A stretch of 64,000 bases of DNA from Enoplolaimus lenunculus. Its lineage: Eukaryota. The position numbers were made by a program, and so were the translations under genes. Location of the stretch: NCBI GenBank assembly GCA_030248215.1, contig JASANG010001402.1, forward strand, positions 124,001 through 188,000. Reading direction: 5' to 3'. Shown in pieces: positions 13,530-51,200 of this stretch (its first letter is position 1; each line of letters starts with the position of its first letter). Below the pieces are notes generated by a model. The model had not been told where the DNA came from and did no database searches. It saw nothing but the letters and a program-made list of their open reading frames with translations.

Positions 13530-14127
13530 CATGGACCTATGTTGCCGTATGGGGCACACTTTTTTGCTGGTCAGAATTACAATGGCGGAGTATAGAGGCA
13601 TATACCATGAAAGCTCTGGCTTGGGTATTAAGCATAGAGTAGGAACCAACTTTAGGCGAGAGAAACAAAATACGGCCTGAGCAGCCATATCCTATACTTT
13701 CCATTTGGGGGGAGGGCCCACCCCAAAGAGTGGCCCCCTCTCTAACAATATTTTAAACAAAAAAATTGAAAAATATTTTGATCATCACAACGGGGCCGCA
13801 CCCCAGAATTTTGAGAGGCCCTATCCTACCTGGCTTCGGCACAGGTCTCGAAATATTGGGGTCTGTGCCTGTTCAGTTAAACAACACTTGATATTGGGAT
13901 TAACTATAGCGGCGAAATGAACAGTGCACATGCAATATTTAACCTTTCTGCGGCGAGAGCGATAAATTTTCAACACAAATTCAAAGTCTTGGCAAAAATT
14001 TACGAATTTTAGGTTGAAATTTGAAAAAAATTGTGTACGCAGTGTGGAAAAATGCACGAGCTGTAGACTGTTACTTTTGCTCTTTGAAAATCAGCAAGTA
14101 ACATGGATTAAATTTGTTTTTTATTTC

Positions 14128-14436
14128 GGCCCATGTTACTTTAAGGGGCGTCCAGGTTTCTCGTGGGTCTATAAATAAGTAGGTTTTGTTTCTAGATAAC
14201 TTTTTTGCTTAGGCTTAGGCAGGCTTAAGCGTAAGAATTCTTTCAATGCGGAAAATAAGTTTTAGAATGTGTGTAGAAAAACCTAAGCCTAAACGTAAGC
14301 CTAAGCTTAAGCTTAAGCCTAACCCTAAACCTAACCCTAAACCTAAGCCTAAACCTAAGCCTAAACCTAACCCTAACCCTAAGCCTAACCCTAAGCCTAA
14401 GCCTAACCCTAACCCTCACCCTAAACCTAAGCCTAA
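14128..14436. repeat. Half of a subfamily A MITE followed by an opposite-strand mixed telomere-like tract
   Basis: GGCCCATGTTACTTTAAGGGGCGTCC...gcttaggc, then 14281-14436 of CCTAAG/CCTAAC/CCTAAA hexamers. Confidence 0.8.
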
Positions 14437-16113
14437 ATGAAAAATACATCGAGATTGTATCATGAATTCAAAATTTTTGTACTTTCGGTGCAATTTAGTC
14501 TAAGATATATAAAAAATGCTAAAACAATCTCTAAAATTTTATAGCGAAGCTATTTTGATATTGAAATTTTAGCTGAATTTTGCGTCGACCAGCAATTTTA
14601 TATGCTAGACTTAAAAAGAAGTTGCCCCGAAAGTCGTCAATATGACAGGCAAAGGACTCAATAAGAAGAGTCCACTCAAATGGACATTGGAGGCGTTCAA
14701 ATCGACTTTGCGAGGTCCTCATACCATCCAGCATTGCAGCGCTTTTTAGACCAAAGAATCGTATATGATATATATGTTCCAAGTTATAGCTAAATGCTAG
14801 ACTAGGTATATAGATATATGTGTCGTTTTTGTCATTGAATATTGACGCATGATCAAACCTATTCTTGAATGTGGCCTACTTATTATATACGTACGCAGCG
14901 GCAGATCCAGAAATTGACCGGGGGGAGTTGGGCTGGCAAACGAACCACAATTTTTACTGTATGCTATATTTGCTATACATATGTGCCAATTTTGTGAGGA
15001 AGGAAAAGGGTACTGTACGAACCGAAATAACCATGTTTATCACAAAACATATTCTGAAGGGGGTGTGGCACGTATATATACGCTCCACTGTGGATCCGCT
15101 AGTGTATGGACGTATGTGTTGTTGGACTCATTTTGTATTTGGCATTTCAATTTATTTTGTGAATTGGATACGGCGTTTAATGCAACGGGAGGGGTGTTAC
15201 GCTGAGATTGAATGTTTATGTATCGGGTGTATGTTTTTATTTTAGCAGGCTTATATTTTGGATTATGAGTGAGTATATACGTACGTATAGTTGTATCATA
15301 TGTTTATTTTGTCACAATCAGGCCCGTAGCCAGCTCAATATGCTCAGGGGGGTGGATATTTCGTGTTTATACGCGGCGATTTTGCACTGTAATTTCCGAT
15401 GAGTTGATTTAATCAACTTTAATGGCGAATTAGTCATTTCTGGTGATTTCGGAGCTAATAAAACAAAGCATTAACTCGCCCTGGGTTGATTTAATTCCGG
15501 CTAAGTTGATTAATTAACTCAGAATTAGCTCAATCAGTTCAAAATTCTGAGTTCTGAAAGACCGAATTCCGAGCTCAGGCTTCTGAGTGAATTCAACGCA
15601 TTCTAGTGTTAAAATCAACTCACTGGAATTTACAATGTGCATGACTTTCAATCCGGTTGAAACTTTACTAGAAAAATGACAATTAGGAACCTCTGTTCGG
15701 TTATCGCTTCCAAGCCGGTGTTTGCCCAAAAAAAGTTGGATTTTGAAACTTTTTGCGTACTTAAAACTGAATTTTTAAAAAAATGCAATTTTTAACGTCC
15801 CCAAGGAGTCCATCTTGGAACTAAAAAATTATCAAAAAAATTAAATAAATTATATACCATTCAACGCAGCGTGCAGAGCTGAGTTCTATGGTGTTGAATT
15901 TTTTGCAATCAGACGACCGGCTAACGAGTTATGGTGAAATAACTGAACGCGCCAACTCAGTCATTTGACCATAACTCGTCAGCCAATTTCTAACTGTTGA
16001 ATAGTTAATATCATTCCACTCAGCTGTGCATGCTGCGTCGAATGGTACTTAATTTGTTTAACTATTCGAAACCTTCATTTTCAAATTTCTACTCGTATAA
16101 ATATACATATATC

Positions 16114-16405
16114 TGCCCATGTTACTTTTAGGGCCGTCCAAGTTTCTGGTAGGTCTATAAAAGAGTGGGTTTAGATTGTAGATTACATTTTTTGCTTAGG
16201 CTTAGGCTTAGGCTAAGGCTTAGACTTCTTAAAGCAACATTGGCCGTTAAAGTTGTCAAATTTGAAAACATTTTAATTCGCATAACTTTGCTTCATCACC
16301 GGCTCCAGTTCCGGCACCGGCTCCGGCAAAATTTGTCCGCATCCGGATCCGGCTGTTTAGGAATACGCTTAATCTACTGTTACGCCCCTTAAAGTAACAT
16401 TGGCC
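16114..16405. mobile_element. Subfamily A telomeric MITE carrying a captured inverted copy of 24091-24222
   Basis: A-type ends; 16227-16358 is the reverse complement of another copy's end plus its flank. Confidence 0.8.
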
Positions 16406-17866
16406 GATATCTTTCCATATATGTGACTGAATACTACAGAAATTTAACATGCCGACGCTGCAGACCGAAGATTACCAGAGTGCGATCCGACAATAATTTA
16501 CCGGATTCCGGAGCCAAATAATGAATTATTTACCGGATCTGAATGTTAACCGGGCATAGCATCAAGTTGTGCTTGGTGCAGTGTTTTTACTGAATTTGAA
16601 TTAATTGTTAGCTTTGGATTTCGCTGCAATCGCAGCCAGATGTTATTGACGGTCATTTGTATTAAAAGCAAGTTTAACAAATTCGGGACCGCCACCTTTG
16701 ATATCCGGTTGGTATACTGAAACCGGATACGGATGTTGAGTATTTGGCGACGGATATTAAGCAGGATTCGGATATCCGGTTGCATAGTGGATTAACCTTT
16801 AACGTATGTACATTTTATATGTATCTGCACACATATATGTTACAGAACAAAATACTAAAATATAAATAAATTTTGTTTTCTCACAAGATTTAATAGAATT
16901 GAACGGGGGCGGTGGATCCATTAATTTCTGATGGAGAGCGTTGGCAACTGTTATGAAACGCAATTTTTACTGCATGCTATATATGTGATAATTTTTTGAG
17001 GCTTGAAAATTGTAACGTACGGACCTACCTTACCGTTTTATCACTAATAATTTTTTGATGCGCGGGAGGAGGGCGTACGCCGCCACCCCATCTGCATCCG
17101 TTAATGGAAATAAGTGAAAAGAAATGCAACGCAGAGTTGTCAATTTTAAACGGTTGTTTTTTTGCTTTGATTTATTTATGTTTTCTGTTTATTGCAATCA
17201 TATTGTAGTGCTCTTTTAACTGTTTGAATAATATACGATGTAAAGCTTAGATATAGGACCAGGTCAGGGTTAGGCAAGGACACCCCTAATTCTTGGGACC
17301 TTTGTGAATTCCTCTACTGGAAGAACAGGAAGAGACCCTTGACAGATCTTAGGGAGAGTCTCAAAGCTCCGCACAAGAGGCGGGCTTCGTGAGGCGTAGC
17401 CCAGACCATGTGTGTATTACACCACGGAAAGTAGGCTTTGGCAGGCCTCATGGGTAGCCTCTGAGCCCCGCATAAGAGGGTTAGCGCATACCCTGACTCG
17501 GTAGAGCGGGCGGGGGGACCTCGAGGCGCTTTAAGGATTTCAGGAACACTTTTCCTTAAGAGTAGACTCTTGCATAATCTCCCACCCACGCCTGTGGCGT
17601 GAGAGGGCCAGTGAGGCACAGTATCTCCCTGAAAAAATTTTGGCCTTCCAAAAAAATTTTCAACCTCAGTTTTAACTCGTGTGAAACCGTTCCATGCCCC
17701 CTGAAAAATTTGTCGCCCACACTAGCATGTTGCGGTTGCTTTCTACCAGAAATTTATTGTGCACTCCATTCTGTCCAGCAAAATTTTGTCTTCACGACTG
17801 ATCCATTTTCTGCCGGATGTTCTACCGCTGTACCATGCAACATGCCTATCCTACTGCGTATAATAG

Positions 17867-18115
17867 GCATGTCAATGCAAAATCTACGACAATTTGTCGC
17901 CCAACAACTTGTCACCGAACAGCATAGTAAAGCCTATAAATAAATCTAAGCATAATTCAAAGTGTAATCCTACACCTAAACCTAAGTCTAAGCATAATGA
18001 TGAACGACGAATTGTCGAGTCGATGAAATTTCAGATTACAAGTTGTCGGTCCACGAGTTGTCGGGCGACGAGTTGTCGGGCGACGAGTTGTCGGGCGACG
18101 AGTTGTCGTGATACC
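17867..18115. mobile_element. MITE with 15-bp subterminal repeats (CGACGAGTTGTCGGG) and a degenerate telomere-like centre; second copy at about 26850-27154
   Basis: Inverted ttgtcg/cgacaa arrays ending in ...gatacc. The 26850 copy has 9-bp flanks tcaacgaac/ccaacgaac (Mutator-like). Confidence 0.6.
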
Positions 18116-18210
18116 TAAATCAATGGTTTGATGCAGAGAAGTATTATCAATAAGAATATAATTATTTATTCATTTTATGTTCGCCGACATTCGGCATTCT
18201 GTGATGTTTT

Positions 18211-43119
<24,909 letters not shown>

Positions 43120-43213
43120 ATGTTTGAACATTGTTTTATTAAATGTTTATATATTTTGGGCAAAAAAATTTTTGGAATAATTTGTATGGTTTCACCACCA
43201 AAGTAGCCGGAGC

Positions 43214-44678
43214 CAGGGTTGTTGGCCGCAAAAAAATACCGGGAAAAAATGGTTTTTTCCATTTTTTTCTGAGATGGGTGGAAAAAATGGAAAAATATTA
43301 AACGATTTTTAAATATAATTTGTATGTAAATATGGTATAAAATATCGCTTTTAGGTGACATCCAACTAATTTTCATGCAACACATTAACAGTGATGGTGT
43401 GTATATGTCCACCAGGACACATTATATGTCCGAAAAACGCGAAAATTGCAGCATATGAATATATAAATGAATTTCAGAATTGAAACTTTGCCACGAGATT
43501 CGATGTAAAACTACATACTGTATTGACCCGAATAAGAGGGGGGTAATAAGAGGGGGTCACCATTTTGAGGCCGAATCAATAAGAGTCCGTATTCCTAATA
43601 AGAGTCCGTAAGCGGATAGAGTCCCTAAACCCCAATTAGAGTCCCTAAATGTAAGTTAACCCTAACTGTAGCATATAGATGACTCCAGGATCAAATAATT
43701 TGAGTTCGAAACTTTAAAGCGTGCTTAAATTTTGAAAGTACATTCCTAAGTAGAACCTCGTCACAAGACAAATAAACGTTTAATTCAACGGATAATTGCA
43801 GTACCGGATATATATCAGTAACGAAGGGCGGTGGAGAGTGGGTTAGAAATAAATAACAGTCCGTAACCGAATAACAAGGGGGTACCCTCTGAAGAGGCCA
43901 AATAAATATCAGTCCCCCCTCTTATTCGGGTCAATACAGTATGCAACTTGTTCGGTTCACTCACCAGGTTTCGTCGACAGTGGGGCGGCCAATGTTAGGG
44001 TGCTCAAAATTGAAAGCTTGCTTTTACCGTGTGATTTAACACAAGAATACTTCTAGCTTTAACCTCGCTTTGCTCGCGAGGTTGCAGCAATTGAAAGGCT
44101 TCGCTGTCAGCCAAAAGTATATTGGTATTTAATATATACTTACAAAAAGTGACTTGTTTAACTCGCTCCACTCATGAGTTTCTGATGTTCCGATAACCTC
44201 TTCCGGTTATTCCATGCCAAAACTTAAATTTGTAAAAAATTCGAATTTTAAGGTTCCAAATTCCTCCACTGGACTCAAAATGTTTTTGTCGAAAAATTAT
44301 ACAAATTATATACCATTTGACACAGGTTGCGGAGCTAAGACGAATATTGTTAAATATTTTCCAATCAGACGTTTCCCAAACCAGTCAGTGATATATAATT
44401 TATCCAACTTATCGAAAAAAATTTTTGGGTCCCAGGGGGAACTTGTTGCCTTAAAAATCGAATTTTTCAAAAATTTAGATTTGGGCATGGAATGATTACA
44501 GGATGTCATCAGAAGCTCAAATATGCAGGAACTTTCAAAATGCAAGCTTTTTTTGGGAAAACGACGGCTAAGGGAGTACTAACCGATCACTCAGACAAAG
44601 AATAAATTTTTTCCATTTTTTTCCATTTTTTCATTCATTTTTTTCGGTAATAATTTTTTTCCGGAAAAAACAACTCTG
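43214..44678. mobile_element. Second copy of the 1.08-kb hAT-like element, with a nested TA-MITE
   Basis: CAGGGTTGTT...AACAACTCTG, colinear with 4211-5290 apart from the insert at 43518-43939. Confidence 0.85.
43518..43939. mobile_element. TA-targeting MITE inserted in the hAT-like element
   Basis: Filled site ctacaTA[CTGTATTGACCCGAATAAGAGGGGG...CCCCCTCTTATTCGGGTCAATACAG]TAtgcaac versus empty site ctacaTAtgcaac at about 4523. Confidence 0.95.
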
Positions 44679-45241
44679 CCTGGATCTGACGAAAAAATTC
44701 TGTATCCAAGTATATATTGTGGATTAGATACGCCTTGGTGGGTTAAAATTTGGCCAATTTCATTAGAGATAAGGCGAATTTAGTCATTTTTAGTTAATTG
44801 TAGTTTATTGGAGCAATATTCGAGTTTTTCAATAATTGTGTTAATTGTTTGGATAATTTTAATTATACGGCCGTGCCTACTAAGTATACGCGTAAGTCTA
44901 AACATACGCCTGAGACTATCAGTCTCTAACTGCCCCATTCCCCAGTCTGCCAGTGAAACGTTCTCAAATGCTTGATTGAAACTCGCAAAGAATGCGGAAA
45001 CTTTGTAATTTAATGATCACATCACTATATATTCGTTTGCAGGAAATTAGCTATTTGTTCAGTATGTTAATTATGTATCATTTATATTTATGCAATCCGT
45101 TGCTATTTCGTCTCAATCAGTTTCGTGTTCTGCTTTTTTGATGCTCAGACATTTAATAAAACTGGTTTCAAAGCGGGTTGGGCATGGCCCCCTTAGGTCT
45201 CTTTGGCGCTATCCTTGCCAAATATCACCAATATAACAATA

Positions 45242-45667
45242 CTGTAGTGACCCGAGTAAGAACGGGGGCTGACATTTATTTGACCTCTCCAGAGGGTACC
45301 CCCTGTTATTCGGTTACGGACCGTTATTTATTGTTATCCCGTCCTCCGCCACACTTCGTTACACATATATCCGGTATTATAACTAACCCTTGAATAGAAT
45401 GTTTATTTGCCTTGTATCAAAAGCTTTAGCCATAATGCAAGGTTATTATTAGTAACGTACTTTGAAAACCTAAGTACGCTTCAAAGTTTTGAACTCACCT
45501 TTATTTGGTTCGGGAGTTATTTATGCGCTACAATTAGAAATGATTGACATTTATGGACTCTAATTAGGGTTTAGGGACTTTATGCGCTTACGGACTCTTA
45601 TTAGGGATACAGACTCCTATTGATTGGGACTCAAAATGGGTACCCCCTCTTATTCAGGTCACTGTAG
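45242..45667. mobile_element. TA-targeting MITE
   Basis: TA|CTGTAGTGACCCGAGTAAG...CTTATTCAGGTCACTGTAG|TA. Confidence 0.8.
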
Positions 45668-46980
45668 TACTGGCATAATAAATACCGTTTTTACAATTGT
45701 ATCTTTTATGCTCATATCAATTGGCTTGAGGGTCAGGGTACTTCCTTTATAGCAACAAGTTAAAACAAGTGCTGAAGAAACGAAAATTGAGGTTCGTAAA
45801 CTCAAAAAACACAAAATCGAGTTTCGGATATCCGAAATAGAAAATTTTATCTCGGATATCCGGATATGAAAAAAATATCCGATGCCCATCACTAATATAT
45901 ATAATATATATTATATATTATATATATTATATATACTGCATTTGCTTTGATTTCGCAATATAAAACGAGTGCTCTACGAATAGAACACAAAGCTGACGAC
46001 AAAACATTATAGGAAAACGGTCGTTTCGGAACAAAATTCCATAAAATAAACTTAAAAGTCACGCCAGGCCCGAACCAAATTTCAAAAGGCATTCGCCTAT
46101 TAAAATATAGAAAAAAACCGCAAATAAATTGTCATCAATGCGATATATAGGGACCAAACTGACGTTCGGCGGGCTATGTAAAATTTTAAAAGAAATGGCG
46201 CATGCACCGAAATGTTCAAGATTTCGACTGAATTTCAGTTTTTATTTCAAATATAAATTGCAGCATATTTGTAAATGTAAAATTGCGAGCGATTTATAAC
46301 CAATTCTGAGCGTAAATATGACGCAATTTCTGAATTTTTAAACGTTAACAAATACCGATTTTTACCGGAATCAAATATCCGGTTACACCGTGGTACCTAG
46401 ACTTGATCTCGCCCTAATTAAAAAACAACACAAAATACTAATATATTTGTTAAATTTTAAAATATTATATAAAGAGTACAACCTAACCATGCATAGCGCA
46501 TAAAATGAAAAGAAGTTTTTTACTGTGAACTTGATTTCGTCAAATAAGTCCTGGCGTACGTACCTGTAAGAACAAATATTCACACTGGACACTAAAACGA
46601 TCGATGTAAGCTTTGCTCCCAAATTTAATCTAGCCGGCGTCGACGTATGCCGATCTTTGCTACCCATACAAAACTGTCATTAATTCAAAATTTTAAAAGC
46701 ATCTCAATAGAAAATTGTTATTTTGCTAAAAATCAACGTAAAAAATTTTGTGATCCTTTCCTAAAAACAAAAGTTTAATCCATTTCTAAAAAGTCTATCT
46801 TTCACATCCTAAGTTTAATTTTCTCAAGATATTTTTATATTCTCGAAAAATATCACAAAATTTTTCAAATCTCGAAAAATATCACAAAATTTTTCAAAAC
46901 ACTAACATAAATAACCCGTTAAACAAATAGCATCTAAATCAAAAAGGCACACCAGATATATTGCTATAGTAAAAAAAAGC

Positions 46981-47175
46981 GGCCCTTGCAACGACCAGGG
47001 GCAGAACGTTTTTGTGTGGGACTAGAAAACAGTAAGCTTAAGCTTTAGAGTAATTTTTTGCTTGGCTTAGGCGTAGGCTTAAGAATATGTTCATTCTTGC
47101 GCTTAGGCTTAGGCTTAGGCTTAGTTTTAAGAATATGCTTATGATACTGTTTCGCCTCGGTTCTTTACAGTGGCC
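46981..47175. mobile_element. Merlin-like telomeric MITE, subfamily C
   Basis: Perfect TSD aaaaaagc. Confidence 0.8.
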
Positions 47176-47583
47176 AAAAAAGCGAAAGATGCATCACCGA
47201 TACCAAAATAATCAGTTACCATAATTTGTTTCTGTGCCTTAATACTTCAAAGGCGTTAACACCAGAAAGGGCCAAGCGAGTCTTAGCCGCTCAATATGGT
47301 TATGAGCAAGTTTGCCAATGTTGTTTTTCGGGCCGTAACAGTAGATTAAGTATATTCCTACGGCTAAACATTGAAAGAAGTGTAAAACTAGACCTACCTA
47401 CGCCTAAGCCTAAACGCCGGAAACTTTGTTACAATATTAAATATGTTATTTAACAAAAATTAACATATATGCGGTATACGCAATTACTGATGTGTCACCC
47501 TAAACAAACTCTGGACACGCCCCCCTGGTCTGCTTAGCTTTATACCTGAATTCTCTACCCTAGCGATGAGTCTTAGAACTTGC

Positions 47584-47767
47584 GGCCCAAGTAAAGATCA
47601 GGGGCGGAACGTATTGGTGTGAGACTACAATGAAGTAAGCTTAAGCTTTAGACTAATTTTTTCCTTGGCTTAGGCTTAGGCTTAGGAATATGCTCATTCT
47701 TACGCTTAGGGTTAGGCTTAGGAATATGCTTTGTTATCCTGTTCCGCCCCTGTTCTTTACATTGCCC
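47584..47767. mobile_element. Merlin-like telomeric MITE, subfamily C
   Basis: GGCCCAAGTAAAGATCAGGGGCGGAAC...GTTCCGCCCCTGTTCTTTACATTGCCC; TSD gaacttgc/gaacctgc. Confidence 0.85.
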
Positions 47768-48214
47768 GAACCTGCGAACTAGCTACCTTTATGACACTTG
47801 CAGATTTAGCGACGCAACAATTGCCTTCAGTTGCCGTAAATTAAATATTTCCACGCTTAAGAAACTAGTTTTAAACCATAGTCCTGCTCGGAGGTCCTTG
47901 CTTTATCTGTTCGAGAACACTGGTTTTAACTACAATTCTAACCTTTTACTCCATTGTTGTGAATAGACGAAATTTTCCAATTCAACGAACTTTCTAACCA
48001 CTAACCTGGCAATAGTTGCTAGACACGTTTGAGAATACACACCACGTTTTCAACTAAATATACACGTATTCGATATAAAAACAAAACACGAAAAAGAAAA
48101 AATTTTAAAACATTAAAAATCAAAATTATAAATTTACTAAATCAAATCGAAAGAAACAGAACTTTGCTGGAAGACTGTCAGGCTTGCACCAGGCACACAC
48201 GGTGATGACTTTGT

Positions 48215-51200
48215 TCACTGATTATCAAGACGCAACAATTCAACATCCCCGTTAACATTGATTGCGTCGATATCGTCAGACGGCACAAGCTGTCTATAGA
48301 CACAAAATGGACGATCGTCAATTTCAATCTGAAACAAAAAAATTCAAAAATCATTCAAAAATATTAAACAATTTACAAATATTTCAGATTTGGCATCACG
48401 AAAAATTAAATTTCCACAAAAACACACCAAAATGTGCTATAACCGTTCAAATATGGGTTTCAATCTTGCCACAGTTAGGAACAAAACTTCGTGGGCTAAT
48501 GAGGAGCACTGACTCTCCTTTCATCTGCGAACATCTTCCCTTGCCCCCCCCACTGGCCGGAAAAAATATCAACATCAATAAGAGGATTCTATGTTAAGAA
48601 AATTTTTCTTACCCCCGCTGTGAACCAACTAAGCTAACCGCGATAAAACTGGACGACTTTAAAAATAAACGAAATCAGCTAAATAAATACCCGATACGAT
48701 CCTTCGCCAACAACGATGTACATATCGAACAAATGGCCCTTCTTAAATGGCATTTCACCTTCACGTTCTTCGGTTCCCCACGTCCCATTGATATTATTGT
48801 TGCGAACCACAACCTAAACACCTTCGAAATTTGTTTCTGGCTACGTCAGTGAACTCATTGGTTTTTTTAAGAAAATGGCTCTTTCAGTATTTTCAAGTTA
48901 ACGATTTCAGTGGATGAAACCAACTCTTATGTTTCGAATTTAAGGACCTTGACAAATTTTGCCGTGCAAATTATTACATTGAATCAATGTAGCTTATTCA
49001 CAAACGTCAAATTTCCCTTGGGCACGTAAATTTTTGAACTGGTGCCTACAACTTTATGGTTAGTCGCCAATTGACGTGTAGGTCTAAAACAAAAAAATAA
49101 AACGGCTGACGTACATGTTCTTTGAATCGTGGCGAGAAGTGAAACGCATTATTTCCACGATGTTTCAAATTGACTTGAAAATTATCGCATTTCGGATCGA
49201 CCATCCCACAAATGTGAACGAGCGAATTTGGTCTCAAACCACGGATCGGAACTTCATACGGCACTGACTGAAATGACGTGACTGACAAAAAATAGTTATT
49301 GTAAACCGATAAAAAAACACAAAATGTAACGTGATTTTAAACAATTACTTTATGCTGCATGAAGCCCCTGTAATAGGACGATTCTAAGTGAGCAGAAAGC
49401 GACTAAATATCCTCTCACGGTTAAACTTCTGGTTTAAAACTAGAAATTTGGCTGAGGCTCTAAAATCAACTACAACCCTACTATTTGTGACCACTGACCA
49501 AAAACCAAAAAGTTATCACTTTAAAAACCAACGTGTGCTCTACGCTGTCCTGAGAAATTCAGTGCATTAGGCAATCAGCGTTTCCAGTCGCAATTATTAA
49601 AACTAAGCTACAAAAAAATTCAATTTCCTGCAGCAGCAAACTTCTTCGTAATGCAAGTAATACCCAACTACGCCTAAAACACGTAAGGTTTGGTCTATAT
49701 ACAGGGGCAACTGCAATAACGAAATGCCAAAAACAAAATCTGAACCGAAAAGTGAAAAATAATTGCTAGCTAAACACTAATTTTTAGCGCAGAGTGACTC
49801 AAAATATTACCACCAGGCGGTATATTTCAAAATTTGTCGTCAAAATTTTTGACATTAACCATATAAGAGCAGTTGATTGCGCAACTTAATGCTCTAAACG
49901 CAGTGAAATACTTTGATTACGTAAACGTCGCGAACGTACACCGATACGCTGAAATTTGTTCCAAAAAATTCTGGTAAACACAACATTTAATACCGGAACC
50001 ACTCTAGCCATACATACCGGAATCCTTTCCCGGAACCGGAATTCAGGTTTTAACTTTCTATACGGATGAGAATGACGTCAGGGTAGATCTCAGAGTCCTA
50101 AGGCAAACGTCGTTGACAGATAATTATATGCCATTTTCAATATCACCTGAACAACTGTGACAATTCATCATACAGATGACAGATACTGCACTAAAGCGCA
50201 CGCGACACGATGACTTACATAGTAACCACCTTTTCCAGCTTGAAATTCGTTCAACGAAAGTGATCCTTTCACTTCTGCTGCAGTCACTGCTCCTACCGGA
50301 ATACGATACTCAAATTCGAACGATGGAACATGATTGATGTAGATCTAAAAGCAAACAAAAACAAAACAATTAATAAAAATAAACAGACAATGATTGTAAT
50401 ATATATATACATTCCGACTACAAAGTCACAAATTATTAGAAGCAATTTTGCCACTATACGTACAATGATTTGCATTTTATTTTCTACAACTACGACAAAT
50501 ATGTTCTTCAAAACGCCCTTACTCCATTCTATTGAAAATCGATCGCTAGGCAATGCTGCTATACGCAGCAAGAATACGGGCACTCTAACCTAACAGCATA
50601 CCACCAAAGCTTAGCAACCTGCGAATTTTACACAGCTCATTTCAAGTTATTATCGTACCGTAAAATAGTCGTCTAAACCTGTTGCTCCGAATTCGATCCC
50701 ATTCATTTGCGAATCGTGTCACCAAAACACGGTACAGGTTGCTTATTTGAAAATTTATTGCTCAACGGCAATAGATGCAACACACCGCTAACGGCTCCGT
50801 TGTGACTAATTTCTAACCTGAAAGCGATCACGCAACGCTCGGATGCGAACATCGACTCGTTCACCGCCTTTGACAACGAATTTATGACGTTCTTCTTTCT
50901 TCCATTCTCCATTTTCGTAACTATTGCAAACGATATGTTTTTCATCGTGTCGAAACGACATATGCAACGCGATATTGTCAAACGGTTCGTATTTCATATT
51001 TGTTCCAGCCATCAAATTGATGATAAAGCTAGAAAAAAACAACCATAAAAGCTAGAAAAAAACAACCATATAAACAACAATATACCTAAGCGTAAAATTT
51101 AAATATTGTTTATAAACGCTTGCAAACCGCATGGTGATGTTAGTTGCAGCTAATGAAATCGATGGTAAACTAACAAGAAATACACAATATACAATCCGCA

